This document shows positions 1 through 7,936 of a stretch of 32,000 nt of DNA, piece after piece; position 1 is the stretch's first letter; the number at the start of each line of letters is the position of its first letter. The translations under genes were made by a program, and so were the position numbers. The notes beneath the pieces were generated by a model. That model saw nothing but the letters and a program-made list of their open reading frames with translations. It was not told the DNA's origin and did not search any database. The stretch is from an uncultured archaeon (GTDB lineage: Archaea; Iainarchaeota; Iainarchaeia; Iainarchaeales; CSSED10-239): positions 30,001 through 62,000 of the forward strand of contig CAZCAP010000002.1 of NCBI GenBank assembly GCA_964496765.1, in the 5' to 3' direction.

Positions 1-23
1 GAAATAAAAGAGTATGATTAAAT

Positions 24-446
24 ATGGAAGAAACAAATAAAGAAAGAACAGAACATAGAACTGATAAGTTCGACAAGAAAGAAATTTATGATAAAATTAT
101 TGAACTTACAAAAAAGGGAGAACCAAAAGCAAAGATTGGTCTAGCACTTAAAAAAATGAAGGTTCGCTCAATTAAGAAAGTTACAGGAAAAAGATTATCA
201 AAGGTACAGGATGAACTAAAACTCACATCAAAAAACGAAATACCTGATGATTTAATGGCATTAATCAAGAAAGCAGTTAAGCTAATTAAACACAAAGATT
301 CAAATAAAAAAGATATGACCTCCAAAAGAGGATATCAATTAACTGTTTCTAAAATAAATAGATTAAGAAATTATTATATAAGACAAGGTAAACTACCAAA
401 AGGATGGATTTATTCTGATGATAGTGCAAAACTACTTGTAAAGTAA
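24..446 (+). CDS. rps15: 30S ribosomal protein uS15 (archaeal S15P / eukaryotic S13e type)
   Basis: 140-aa ORF. The C-terminal half KDMTSKRGYQLTVSKINRLRNYYIRQGKLPKGWIY matches the S15 helical signature. It follows the long basic N-terminal extension typical of archaeal/eukaryal uS15. Confidence 0.85.
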   Translation: MEETNKERTEHRTDKFDKKEIYDKIIELTKKGEPKAKIGLALKKMKVRSIKKVTGKRLSKVQDELKLTSKNEIPDDLMALIKKAVKLIKHKDSNKKDMTSKRGYQLTVSKINRLRNYYIRQGKLPKGWIYSDDSAKLLVK

Positions 447-460
447 AGGGTTGATAATAA

Positions 461-1033
461 ATGGTTGAAAAAAAAAGAACAGTAGATAATTGGAAAAAGA
501 AAAAATGGTTTGTAATAACTGCAGACCCAATTTTTGATGGTAAAGAAATAGCAAAAACAGTTGCTATTGAAAACAAAAGCCTAACTGGAAGAACAATTAA
601 GAAAACACTTGATTCCCTAACAGGAAACATCAGGGATTCTGCCTATGTTATTACTTTCAAGGTTGATAAGATCACTGGTGGGAAAGCAGAAACAAGCATA
701 GCTAACATGGAAACTAAACCAGGCCATCTAAAAAGAATGATTAGAAGAATGAAATCAAAAATTGAAGATATTATTTATATCACAACAAAAGATGGACATA
801 AACTTAAACTAAAACTTCTTTTCATAACAGGTGCAAAGTATAGTACTCAAACAAGAACTGAAGCTAGAAACCAAATGAGAACAATATTCATGGAAGAACT
901 TAAAGATAAAGGCCTGAAAGAAGTTTGGAGCGAAATTATTTTCCAAAAAATATCTGAAAAATGCAAGAAAAAACTTGCAAAACTTGGATTTGTAAACAAA
1001 ATAATTATCTCCAAGGCAAAGTTGGTTGAGTGA
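461..1033 (+). CDS. rps3ae: 30S ribosomal protein eS1 (S3Ae)
   Basis: 190-aa ORF. The N-terminal VDNWKKKKWFVITADPIF is the characteristic S3Ae start. Size fits, and it lies 14 nt downstream of uS15 on the same strand. Confidence 0.85.
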   Translation: MVEKKRTVDNWKKKKWFVITADPIFDGKEIAKTVAIENKSLTGRTIKKTLDSLTGNIRDSAYVITFKVDKITGGKAETSIANMETKPGHLKRMIRRMKSKIEDIIYITTKDGHKLKLKLLFITGAKYSTQTRTEARNQMRTIFMEELKDKGLKEVWSEIIFQKISEKCKKKLAKLGFVNKIIISKAKLVE

Positions 1034-1054
1034 GGGTCTAAAACCTGATAAAAA

Positions 1055-1768
1055 ATGATCTCAACAATTTTACTTTATTTTCTTATTTTTATTTTTTTAG
1101 GATTATTACTTAACTTTATAGGTAAGTATGATCTTATTACAATCTCAGTGGTATATGTAGTCGCTAGTTTGTTCATGTACTTTGTGGACATATATGCGGT
1201 TGTATATCTTGTGCTATTCTTTGGAATATCAGAAAGCGTAACTTCACTATTTAATAAGAAGCACGCACAAAGAACCTATAAAAATCTACTTGGAAACTGC
1301 CTTGCAAGCATCATATTCCTTATAGCTGGAGCAATAACAGAGTATTTTTCACCAGGTTCATTCATTTATTTTGGGGTTGGAGCCCTAGCTGGAATATCAG
1401 CAGCCTTTTCAGATACCCTATCTTCAGAGATTGGTTATCTTTCAAGCAAAAAGCCAAGAATGATAACCACATTTAGAAAGGTTGAAAAAGGGATTGATGG
1501 TGGAATTACTTTTCTTGGAACAGCAGCAGCAGCTCTTGGAGCACTAATTACTGCTATGTTCTTCTGGTTTGTTAACACAATAGGAGTAAACCTTGTATAT
1601 ACAACTAAGATAATTATTGTTGTTGCTGTTTGTGGACTAGTTGGGTCATTGATTGATAGTATAATTGGGGGACTCTTTGAGACAAAGGGATATCTTAATA
1701 ATTCCCAAACTAATTTTCTTGCAACTTTTATAACTGGACTAATTGCTCTTCTTATAATGACTATTTAA
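1055..1768 (+). CDS. DUF92 / TMEM19-family polytopic membrane protein (function unknown; the family includes plant phytyl-phosphate kinase VTE6)
   Basis: 237 aa with multiple hydrophobic helices. It has the FSDTLSSEIG motif and a downstream GIDGGITFLGT motif that I associate with DUF92. Confidence 0.6.
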   Translation: MISTILLYFLIFIFLGLLLNFIGKYDLITISVVYVVASLFMYFVDIYAVVYLVLFFGISESVTSLFNKKHAQRTYKNLLGNCLASIIFLIAGAITEYFSPGSFIYFGVGALAGISAAFSDTLSSEIGYLSSKKPRMITTFRKVEKGIDGGITFLGTAAAALGALITAMFFWFVNTIGVNLVYTTKIIIVVAVCGLVGSLIDSIIGGLFETKGYLNNSQTNFLATFITGLIALLIMTI

Positions 1769-1774
1769 AACATC

Positions 1775-1781
1775 TTTTTTT
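1775..1781 (+). terminator. Oligo-T tract (T7) after the DUF92 gene, candidate archaeal intrinsic terminator
   Basis: A run of seven T begins 7 nt after the stop codon at 1766-1768. Archaeal termination typically uses oligo-T, but the AT-rich background makes this weak evidence. Confidence 0.3.
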
Positions 1782-1809
1782 ATAATGTATAGCACACAAT
1801 CATTTGACT

Positions 1810-2250
1810 ATGGAAACAAGACTTGAAAAAATTAAGTTTGTTATTTGGTTTGTTGTTCTTTATTCAGTTCTTCTCACCATTGGACTTAAATTAATTGGGA
1901 AGATGCTCATTAAAATCGATGTGTGGATAATTGAAAGGGTTCTTGGGAACATAATAAACTACAACTCATTTGTATTTGTACCAGAATGTAGTGGGGTTGT
2001 TGCAATTTCTGCGTATCTTGCAATAGTTATTGCTCTAATGATTACAAAATATAGATTGAATTGGAAATGCATTATTGGTTCTATGATTATACTTGGAATA
2101 TGGAACTTGATTAGAATAATTATTGTTGTCTATTCAGAAAAAATTAGTTTTTCTTTAGCAAAGGTTCTTCATGTGGTCTTCTGGTTTATAACAGGAATAA
2201 TTATTATGCTACTTGCTATAAAAAGCTTAAAGAAAAAGAAGAATAAATAA
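1810..2250 (+). CDS. Minimal exosortase/archaeosortase-family membrane protein (putative)
   Basis: Four predicted TM helices. Cys sits in VPECSG (codon 1987-1989), Arg in WNLIR (codon 2113-2115) and His in KVLHVVFW. I prefer ATG 1810 to the ORF-track TTG at 1804. Confidence 0.5.
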   Translation: METRLEKIKFVIWFVVLYSVLLTIGLKLIGKMLIKIDVWIIERVLGNIINYNSFVFVPECSGVVAISAYLAIVIALMITKYRLNWKCIIGSMIILGIWNLIRIIIVVYSEKISFSLAKVLHVVFWFITGIIIMLLAIKSLKKKKNK

Positions 2251-2274
2251 GTTAAAATATAACTTATTTATGTT

Positions 2275-3936
2275 TTATTTTTTGTGTGTTGAATGATGCT
2301 CATCTGTTAATAGTATTCTTCTTGCAATCTGTGAATAAACTGGTCTTGCAATTAGTATACCTATCAATGTTCCTAGAAGTATGGTTACAGCAAACCCAAT
2401 AAGTTTACTTATTCCTCCTCCCATAATAACGATTGGAAGCATTGTTGCAATTACAGTTGAAGCTGAGGCAAACACAATAAAGAAAGCATGCTTAATCTTT
2501 ACTTTTAAACTCTCCTGAGTATGGCCTTCAGCAACTTCTCTATGATGTGTTTTTCCTTTTAATAGTTCATCAACAATAATTATGGATGAATCTGCACAGG
2601 TTCCTATAGTTGCTAGGATACCAGCAACAGCTGCAAGATCTAACCTAAAATTAATGAGTGTGAGCAAACCAAGAAGAATAATAATCTCAGAGGATGCAGT
2701 TAAAATGATTGGAAGAGCTAGTTTTAGATATCTATATCTAATGAATAGAACAATTGAAACTAGAAAAATTGCTATTATTCCAATGAGTAAAGAATAATTT
2801 AGGAAGTCCTTACCCAAATAAGGAGAAATTGATTCTGTGCTAATGCTTTCAATTGGAATTGGAAGTGATCCAGATTCTAGAATAACTAATAAGTCATCTA
2901 ACCTCTTCTTACTATTTTCTTCTCCATTTGCGTTTCCTGTTATTGTTAGTTGTGAAAAGGTCTTAAATCTTGTTGAGTCAATTGTAGGAACGTCCATGTT
3001 TGCAATTCCTGGAGTGATTGAGACAATTGACTTAAGTCCAGTTGCTTCCCAGATCCATGGTTGGGTTTCTGATTTTTGCTTAACAACTACCTTATACCCA
3101 ATTTCTTCTAGCTTTTGTTTCACGCTATCAGAAACTGCAGGAGAAACAATTGCTTTCTTATAAGTATTATAATCTGATGTTAGACTTGTGATTTCATCAT
3201 CACTTAGACTATTTTTATCAATAGTATAATAATTTGTGTTTAATTGATTAAGAACATCCTCAATTGGTATGAATTGACTTGCGAGTTCAGGAGCAATTGG
3301 AACATCCTGTTCTTCCAAGTATAACTCATTATCCATTATTATTATTGAATCTGTTGGTCTATCAATAAAGAAATAGGTTCTTGAACAATCATAGTCACTA
3401 TCACTTGTTCCAGAGCCCGTTGGTATGCACTTGTGGAAGGTCATTTTTGCGAACTTCTGTGCGCCATCAGGAGATAAAAGAAATGGTAATGTCCACTGAA
3501 AAACATCATTTTGCTTATCGATTTCCTGAAGTCCATAGCCCTTTGATGGATCTTTAAAAATGGATTTTATATCGTCTCCAGAAAAAAGAACCTCACCATC
3601 AAGGACAGCTTCAAACTTACCTTGTTTTAATAATGTTTCTTTTATTTTATTTATTTCTTCAGGATTTGACTCAGCTAATTGGGCAACTATGTATTGATTA
3701 CCTGAGGGGGTCACCTTTGCATCCTTTGAACCTGACCAATCAAGCCTTCTTGAGATTACTGATGCTGTTTGATTAATTTCATCAGAGGATACTGGTTGTT
3801 CAAGAGCTATTTGAAATGCTGTCCCTCCAGAAAAATCAACTCCGTACTTTAATCCTTTTCCAGCAATTAGGATTAGGGCAATAAGGATTAGTACAATCCA
3901 CAAAACAATTATTGGTTTCTTAAGTAATGTTCTCAT
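2275..3936 (-). CDS. secD: Protein-export membrane protein SecD
   Basis: 553 aa. It has an N-terminal TM helix, then GVDFSGGTAFQIAL, a large periplasmic-type domain and a C-terminal six-helix bundle with GTCADSSIIIVDE. It lies 28 nt downstream of secF on the same strand, the archaeal secFD order. Confidence 0.85.
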   Translation of the reverse strand: MRTLLKKPIIVLWIVLILIALILIAGKGLKYGVDFSGGTAFQIALEQPVSSDEINQTASVISRRLDWSGSKDAKVTPSGNQYIVAQLAESNPEEINKIKETLLKQGKFEAVLDGEVLFSGDDIKSIFKDPSKGYGLQEIDKQNDVFQWTLPFLLSPDGAQKFAKMTFHKCIPTGSGTSDSDYDCSRTYFFIDRPTDSIIIMDNELYLEEQDVPIAPELASQFIPIEDVLNQLNTNYYTIDKNSLSDDEITSLTSDYNTYKKAIVSPAVSDSVKQKLEEIGYKVVVKQKSETQPWIWEATGLKSIVSITPGIANMDVPTIDSTRFKTFSQLTITGNANGEENSKKRLDDLLVILESGSLPIPIESISTESISPYLGKDFLNYSLLIGIIAIFLVSIVLFIRYRYLKLALPIILTASSEIIILLGLLTLINFRLDLAAVAGILATIGTCADSSIIIVDELLKGKTHHREVAEGHTQESLKVKIKHAFFIVFASASTVIATMLPIVIMGGGISKLIGFAVTILLGTLIGILIARPVYSQIARRILLTDEHHSTHKK

Positions 3937-3964
3937 ATTTTTTCACACTTTTATAATAATGATT

Positions 3965-5071
3965 TTAGTTTGTTCCTTGTTTTCTTTTTTCTTTTGCTAA
4001 CACATAGTTAAGTAATGTGGGTGCATTAAAGAACCAGGTTGCTATAATATCACCAACTAATCCAAATGCTAAAATAATTGCAATTTCATAAACAACAAGC
4101 ATTTGAGCAGCATAGGAGATTACAAGCATAGCAAGAACAGTTACAATGGTTGCAAAAGTCATGGTTAATCCTGTTTTAATTGAATCATTTGCTGCTTTTA
4201 TTGGATCTCCAGTTCTGTCTTTCAAAACTCTTGTGGTTAGAAGAATATCTGTATCAACCGAATAACCAATTAACATTAAAAGCGCTGGTATTGTTACTAA
4301 ACTTAATGGCAAATTAAATACTGCCATACCAACTAATCCTGCACCCATATCAAATAGTGCAGAAAATATGATTAATGCAGATGGCATGATCTCTCTAAAA
4401 AAGTATAATACTACTAATATCAATAAAATAAATGCTGTTATTCCAACCTTGATTGCAGTTTTTACAAAATCAGAACCTAGGGTTGCTGCAACCTCTCTTG
4501 ATTGAACTTTAGAATTATCATCCAATGATAATTCAGTTTTAACAAGTGCATTTATTTGGGTTCCAAAATTATTACTTGCAGATATTATTTTTTCATTAAG
4601 TATAGTTTTAACTTCATCCCTAGTTAATGCCTGATCAATATTAACCAAATCAAATTCAGTTAAATATTTACTAGCAATTAAAGGTGCTAAAACATCTTTT
4701 GACTGGGTTTTTACATCCTCAATGGATGCATTTACAAAATCAATTTTTTGCTTATTTGCTTTTGCAACATCAAATTCCTGTGGTTGTGCAAATTCAATTA
4801 ATAATCCAAAAGAGGTAATTGCATTTGTTTCACTTACATGAACCTCACTCAATCCATATTGATTAATTAATTTATCCTTTAGAGATGCATAATCCTTTGG
4901 AGAATCAAAATTAACAATTATTTGATACCCTCCTTTTAGATCAATCCCCTTGTGTATGCCTGGATAAATAAAAACAAGTACTATAATTATAGCCACCATA
5001 ATTGCAGGAACAATTAATAGTCTATTGTATTTCTTATTGTGATCATAAAGTTTATTCATAGGTATCATCAT
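3965..5071 (-). CDS. secF: Protein-export membrane protein SecF
   Basis: 368 aa. It has an N-terminal TM helix, GIDLKGGYQIIV, and a C-terminal TM bundle with LIGYSVDTDILLTTRVLK, which matches the SecF signature. Confidence 0.85.
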   Translation of the reverse strand: MMIPMNKLYDHNKKYNRLLIVPAIMVAIIIVLVFIYPGIHKGIDLKGGYQIIVNFDSPKDYASLKDKLINQYGLSEVHVSETNAITSFGLLIEFAQPQEFDVAKANKQKIDFVNASIEDVKTQSKDVLAPLIASKYLTEFDLVNIDQALTRDEVKTILNEKIISASNNFGTQINALVKTELSLDDNSKVQSREVAATLGSDFVKTAIKVGITAFILLILVVLYFFREIMPSALIIFSALFDMGAGLVGMAVFNLPLSLVTIPALLMLIGYSVDTDILLTTRVLKDRTGDPIKAANDSIKTGLTMTFATIVTVLAMLVISYAAQMLVVYEIAIILAFGLVGDIIATWFFNAPTLLNYVLAKEKRKQGTN

Positions 5072-5194
5072 TTTAGTTTTATTTATATAAGTTTATAACT
5101 AATTTAAAATTAGCAATATATTATATTATGATGAGAAATATATATAAATGTTAACTGAAGCAAATAACCTATAAAATCTAAAAAATTACCCACT

Positions 5195-5204
5195 CTTTAA
5201 ATAC
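5195..5204 (+). promoter_or_regulatory. Candidate TATA box (CTTTAAATAC) for the GTPase gene, possibly giving a leaderless mRNA
   Basis: The TATA-like element is centred about 26 nt upstream of ATG 5226, and there is no Shine-Dalgarno between it and the start. TATA-like strings are frequent in this AT-rich DNA, so support is weak. Confidence 0.25.
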
Positions 5205-5225
5205 TATTTCATACTTTAAATATAT

Positions 5226-6092
5226 ATGAGGTACCCACAGCTATTCAAATCTAAAGAATTGATTGATATTGTTATTAAGCAATTAAAGAAAGATCCTGTA
5301 ACCAACAACAATATCTTTAAGTATGTTGATGAATTTCAACATAGAATAACAGAAAGATATGAGAAGATTGTTGATCAATTACCAGACTATGAAAAGATGG
5401 AACCCTACTATTTAATGATGTCTAAAAACATAATTTCTCAAGGCACAATGGAGAAGCATAAAAATCACTATAGAGTTACAATTACTGTTATTAATCAAAT
5501 TTCTGAAAAATACAAAAAACAACTAAGAATACAAAAACAATTATCTGATAAAATTAAGTTACAAAGAGAATATCTTGGAAGAGTAATTTCTGCAATTAAA
5601 AAACTAGATAAGACTACAGAAATATTATTTACCTATGCTGATGATTTTAAAAGAATACCAAATCCAAGAAAATTATTTACTATTGTTCTCGTGGGAGTTC
5701 CAAACACAGGAAAAACAACCTTTTTAACAGAATTAACGGATGCAGATCCAGAAATAAATAGCTATGCATTCACAACCAAATCTCTTAATTTTGGATATTT
5801 TAAAAAAAGAGAAGAAATTATACAGGTTATTGATACTCCAGGCCTAATTCATGGAGAATTTAAAGAAATGAATATAATCGAAAAACAAGCAATAGTTGCA
5901 ATCAAGGCACTGGGAGATGTGATTATCTTCTTATATAATAAAAATCAAACATTTGAGCATCAGCAGGAAATTCTTGAAAAAATCATTTCAGAAAATCCAG
6001 AAAAAAAAGTATTTGTTTATGCTTCATTTGGTGGAGATATGAAAGGATATCCAAATATCACTAGAGAAAAAATACTAGCTAAAGAATTTTAG
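5226..6092 (+). CDS. NOG1-like GTP-binding protein (short form)
   Basis: 288 aa with an N-terminal helical NOG1-type region (LPDYEKMEPYY). G1 is GVPNTGKTT, a TKS/T-containing G2 region is present, and G3 is DTPGL. No canonical NKxD is visible at the expected G4 position. Confidence 0.65.
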   Translation: MRYPQLFKSKELIDIVIKQLKKDPVTNNNIFKYVDEFQHRITERYEKIVDQLPDYEKMEPYYLMMSKNIISQGTMEKHKNHYRVTITVINQISEKYKKQLRIQKQLSDKIKLQREYLGRVISAIKKLDKTTEILFTYADDFKRIPNPRKLFTIVLVGVPNTGKTTFLTELTDADPEINSYAFTTKSLNFGYFKKREEIIQVIDTPGLIHGEFKEMNIIEKQAIVAIKALGDVIIFLYNKNQTFEHQQEILEKIISENPEKKVFVYASFGGDMKGYPNITREKILAKEF

Positions 6093-6193
6093 GCTAGTTT
6101 GTTAATAAAAGTTTAGTTTTCAAATCCAAAAGTATTAAAATACATATTTTATATATAATACTACTTTTACAACACAACAGTTGTCATGCAAGA

Positions 6194-6198
6194 GGTGA
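6194..6198 (+). promoter_or_regulatory. Shine-Dalgarno GGTGA for the UPF0147 gene
   Basis: AGAGGTGA lies 6 nt upstream of ATG 6205 and is complementary to the conserved 16S 3' end (mRNA consensus AGGAGGTGATCC). The same motif recurs upstream of the starts at 13292, 16082, 22325 and 22643. Confidence 0.55.
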
Positions 6199-6204
6199 AT
6201 ACAA

Positions 6205-6477
6205 ATGACTAAAAAAAAAGAAATTTGTGATAAGCTCATAAAAGAAATAATGACGGAGGCAGAATATCTTCTTGAGGACCACACAATTCCAAAAAATATA
6301 ACAAATGTAATTAAATCTGTTGAAGAGAGATTACAAAAAAATCTAAATTCTGTGGAAGTTTCAAGCATAATATATGAACTTGAAGACACGGCAAATGGAC
6401 TAAATGCTCCTGAATTTAGGTCAGTGGTTTGGAGCCTTATTAGTAAACTTGAAACACTTATGGAGAACTTGAAATAG
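6205..6477 (+). CDS. UPF0147-family small helical protein (function unknown)
   Basis: 90 aa. The pattern LEDHTIPKNITNVIKSVEERL ... LEDTANGLNAPEFRSVVWSLISKLETL matches my recollection of archaeal UPF0147 proteins (D.SVPRNIRR ... DPN.P...RT.IW.....LE). Confidence 0.55.
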   Translation: MTKKKEICDKLIKEIMTEAEYLLEDHTIPKNITNVIKSVEERLQKNLNSVEVSSIIYELEDTANGLNAPEFRSVVWSLISKLETLMENLK

Positions 6478-6478
6478 A

Positions 6479-7930
6479 ATGGATCAGGAAATAGTGAATT
6501 ATGCAAACATAAATGGAATGATACTTACAGAGGAAGCACTAAGACTCTTGAATAATTATAATTATAAGGATGTTATTGATAGGCTTAAAGCAAAAGGGAA
6601 AATATTTATTTTGCCAAATGATGTAATAACTATTTGTAAAGAGGGAGATTGTAAAACAAAAACAGAATACACAAAAAACTATTATATAATGGATAAGTAT
6701 GATGTTACTGGGAAAACCTATTCACAGGGAAGAGTAGAGGATTTCCTTAATCTGTTTACAGACAAATATAAAACTATTTCTGAAATTATTAAAGAAAGAC
6801 CAAATTTAGATATTGTAAATATATCTGATGCCAAACATAAAGGAAAGAACAAACAGGTAGATATAATTGGAATGGTTTATGAGAAGAGAACAAGCAAAAA
6901 TGGAAACACGATAATTAATGTGGACGATCCAACTGGGTCTGTTAATCTTGTTGTAACAAGTAAGAATGAGGAATTATTCAAGGAATCAAAAGAAGTACTC
7001 AAGGATAACGTGCTTGGTTTTAAATGCAATGTAATTGCAGAAAATATGTTTATTGTTAATGAAATAATTTATCCAGACATTCCTATGCAAAATAATAAAC
7101 CACAGCTTAATGAAGATGTATATGTTGCAATCATTGCAGATACACACGTTGGTAGTAAATTATTTTTAGAAAATGAATTTGCTGAGTTTATTGATTGGCT
7201 AGCAGGAAATCAGGAAGAAGACAAAGAACTTGCAAAAAAAATTAAATATTTAATAATTGCAGGAGACCTGGTGGACGGGATTGGAGTTTATCCTGCACAA
7301 TATGAAGAACTTGCAATTACTGATATATTCAAACAGTATGAGTTATTTGAAAATTATATTTTAAAAATCCCAAAAGAAATTGAAATATTTATAACTCCTG
7401 GAAATCATGATGCAGTTAGGTTATCTGACCCACAACCAGCAATTGCCAATGAATTCATTTCAAGATTATATGAACAGGAAAATATACACATTATGGGTTC
7501 TCCTTCATGGGTAAACCTAGAGGGATTTAAAACTCTAATTTATCATGGAGCATCTCTTCATGGAATATATGCAGAAATAAAAGAAGCAACCATGTCAAAA
7601 CCAGATGTTGCGATTAGAGAAGTAATTAAGAGAAGAGATCTTATGCCTCAATATGGAGAAAGACAAACATTCATCCCAATGGAAAAAAACCTAATGACAA
7701 TTAATGAGGTCCCAGATATATTTATTGGAGCAGATGTTCATCATCACGCCTATTCAAAGTATAAAAATTGTCATTTAATTAATGCATCCTGCTGGCAATC
7801 AGTTACTGCATATCAAATAGAGAAGGGGCATCACCCCACACTCTGTAAAGTGCTGCTATTTAATCTTAAGGACCAAACACTGAAAATAAAAGATTTTTTA
7901 AAAACAGAAGAAGAAAAAATGCAAATCTAA
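6479..7930 (+). CDS. polB: DNA polymerase II (family D) small subunit DP1, 3'-5' exonuclease
   Basis: 483 aa with an OB-fold-sized middle region. Calcineurin-type phosphoesterase motifs are ADTHVGS, AGDLVDG, GNHD, YHG and GADVHHH. It sits immediately upstream of DP2. Confidence 0.9.
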   Translation: MDQEIVNYANINGMILTEEALRLLNNYNYKDVIDRLKAKGKIFILPNDVITICKEGDCKTKTEYTKNYYIMDKYDVTGKTYSQGRVEDFLNLFTDKYKTISEIIKERPNLDIVNISDAKHKGKNKQVDIIGMVYEKRTSKNGNTIINVDDPTGSVNLVVTSKNEELFKESKEVLKDNVLGFKCNVIAENMFIVNEIIYPDIPMQNNKPQLNEDVYVAIIADTHVGSKLFLENEFAEFIDWLAGNQEEDKELAKKIKYLIIAGDLVDGIGVYPAQYEELAITDIFKQYELFENYILKIPKEIEIFITPGNHDAVRLSDPQPAIANEFISRLYEQENIHIMGSPSWVNLEGFKTLIYHGASLHGIYAEIKEATMSKPDVAIREVIKRRDLMPQYGERQTFIPMEKNLMTINEVPDIFIGADVHHHAYSKYKNCHLINASCWQSVTAYQIEKGHHPTLCKVLLFNLKDQTLKIKDFLKTEEEKMQI

Positions 7931-7936
7931 ATAAAT

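Noticed and set aside
5128-5158. C/D-box sRNA-like strings in the secF/GTPase intergenic region: ATGATGA (5128-5134) and CTGA (5155-5158).
   Set aside because: Twenty nt separate the boxes, there are no internal D'/C' boxes at the canonical 12-nt guide spacing, and there is no terminal complementary stem. Both strings are short enough to occur by chance in AT-rich DNA.
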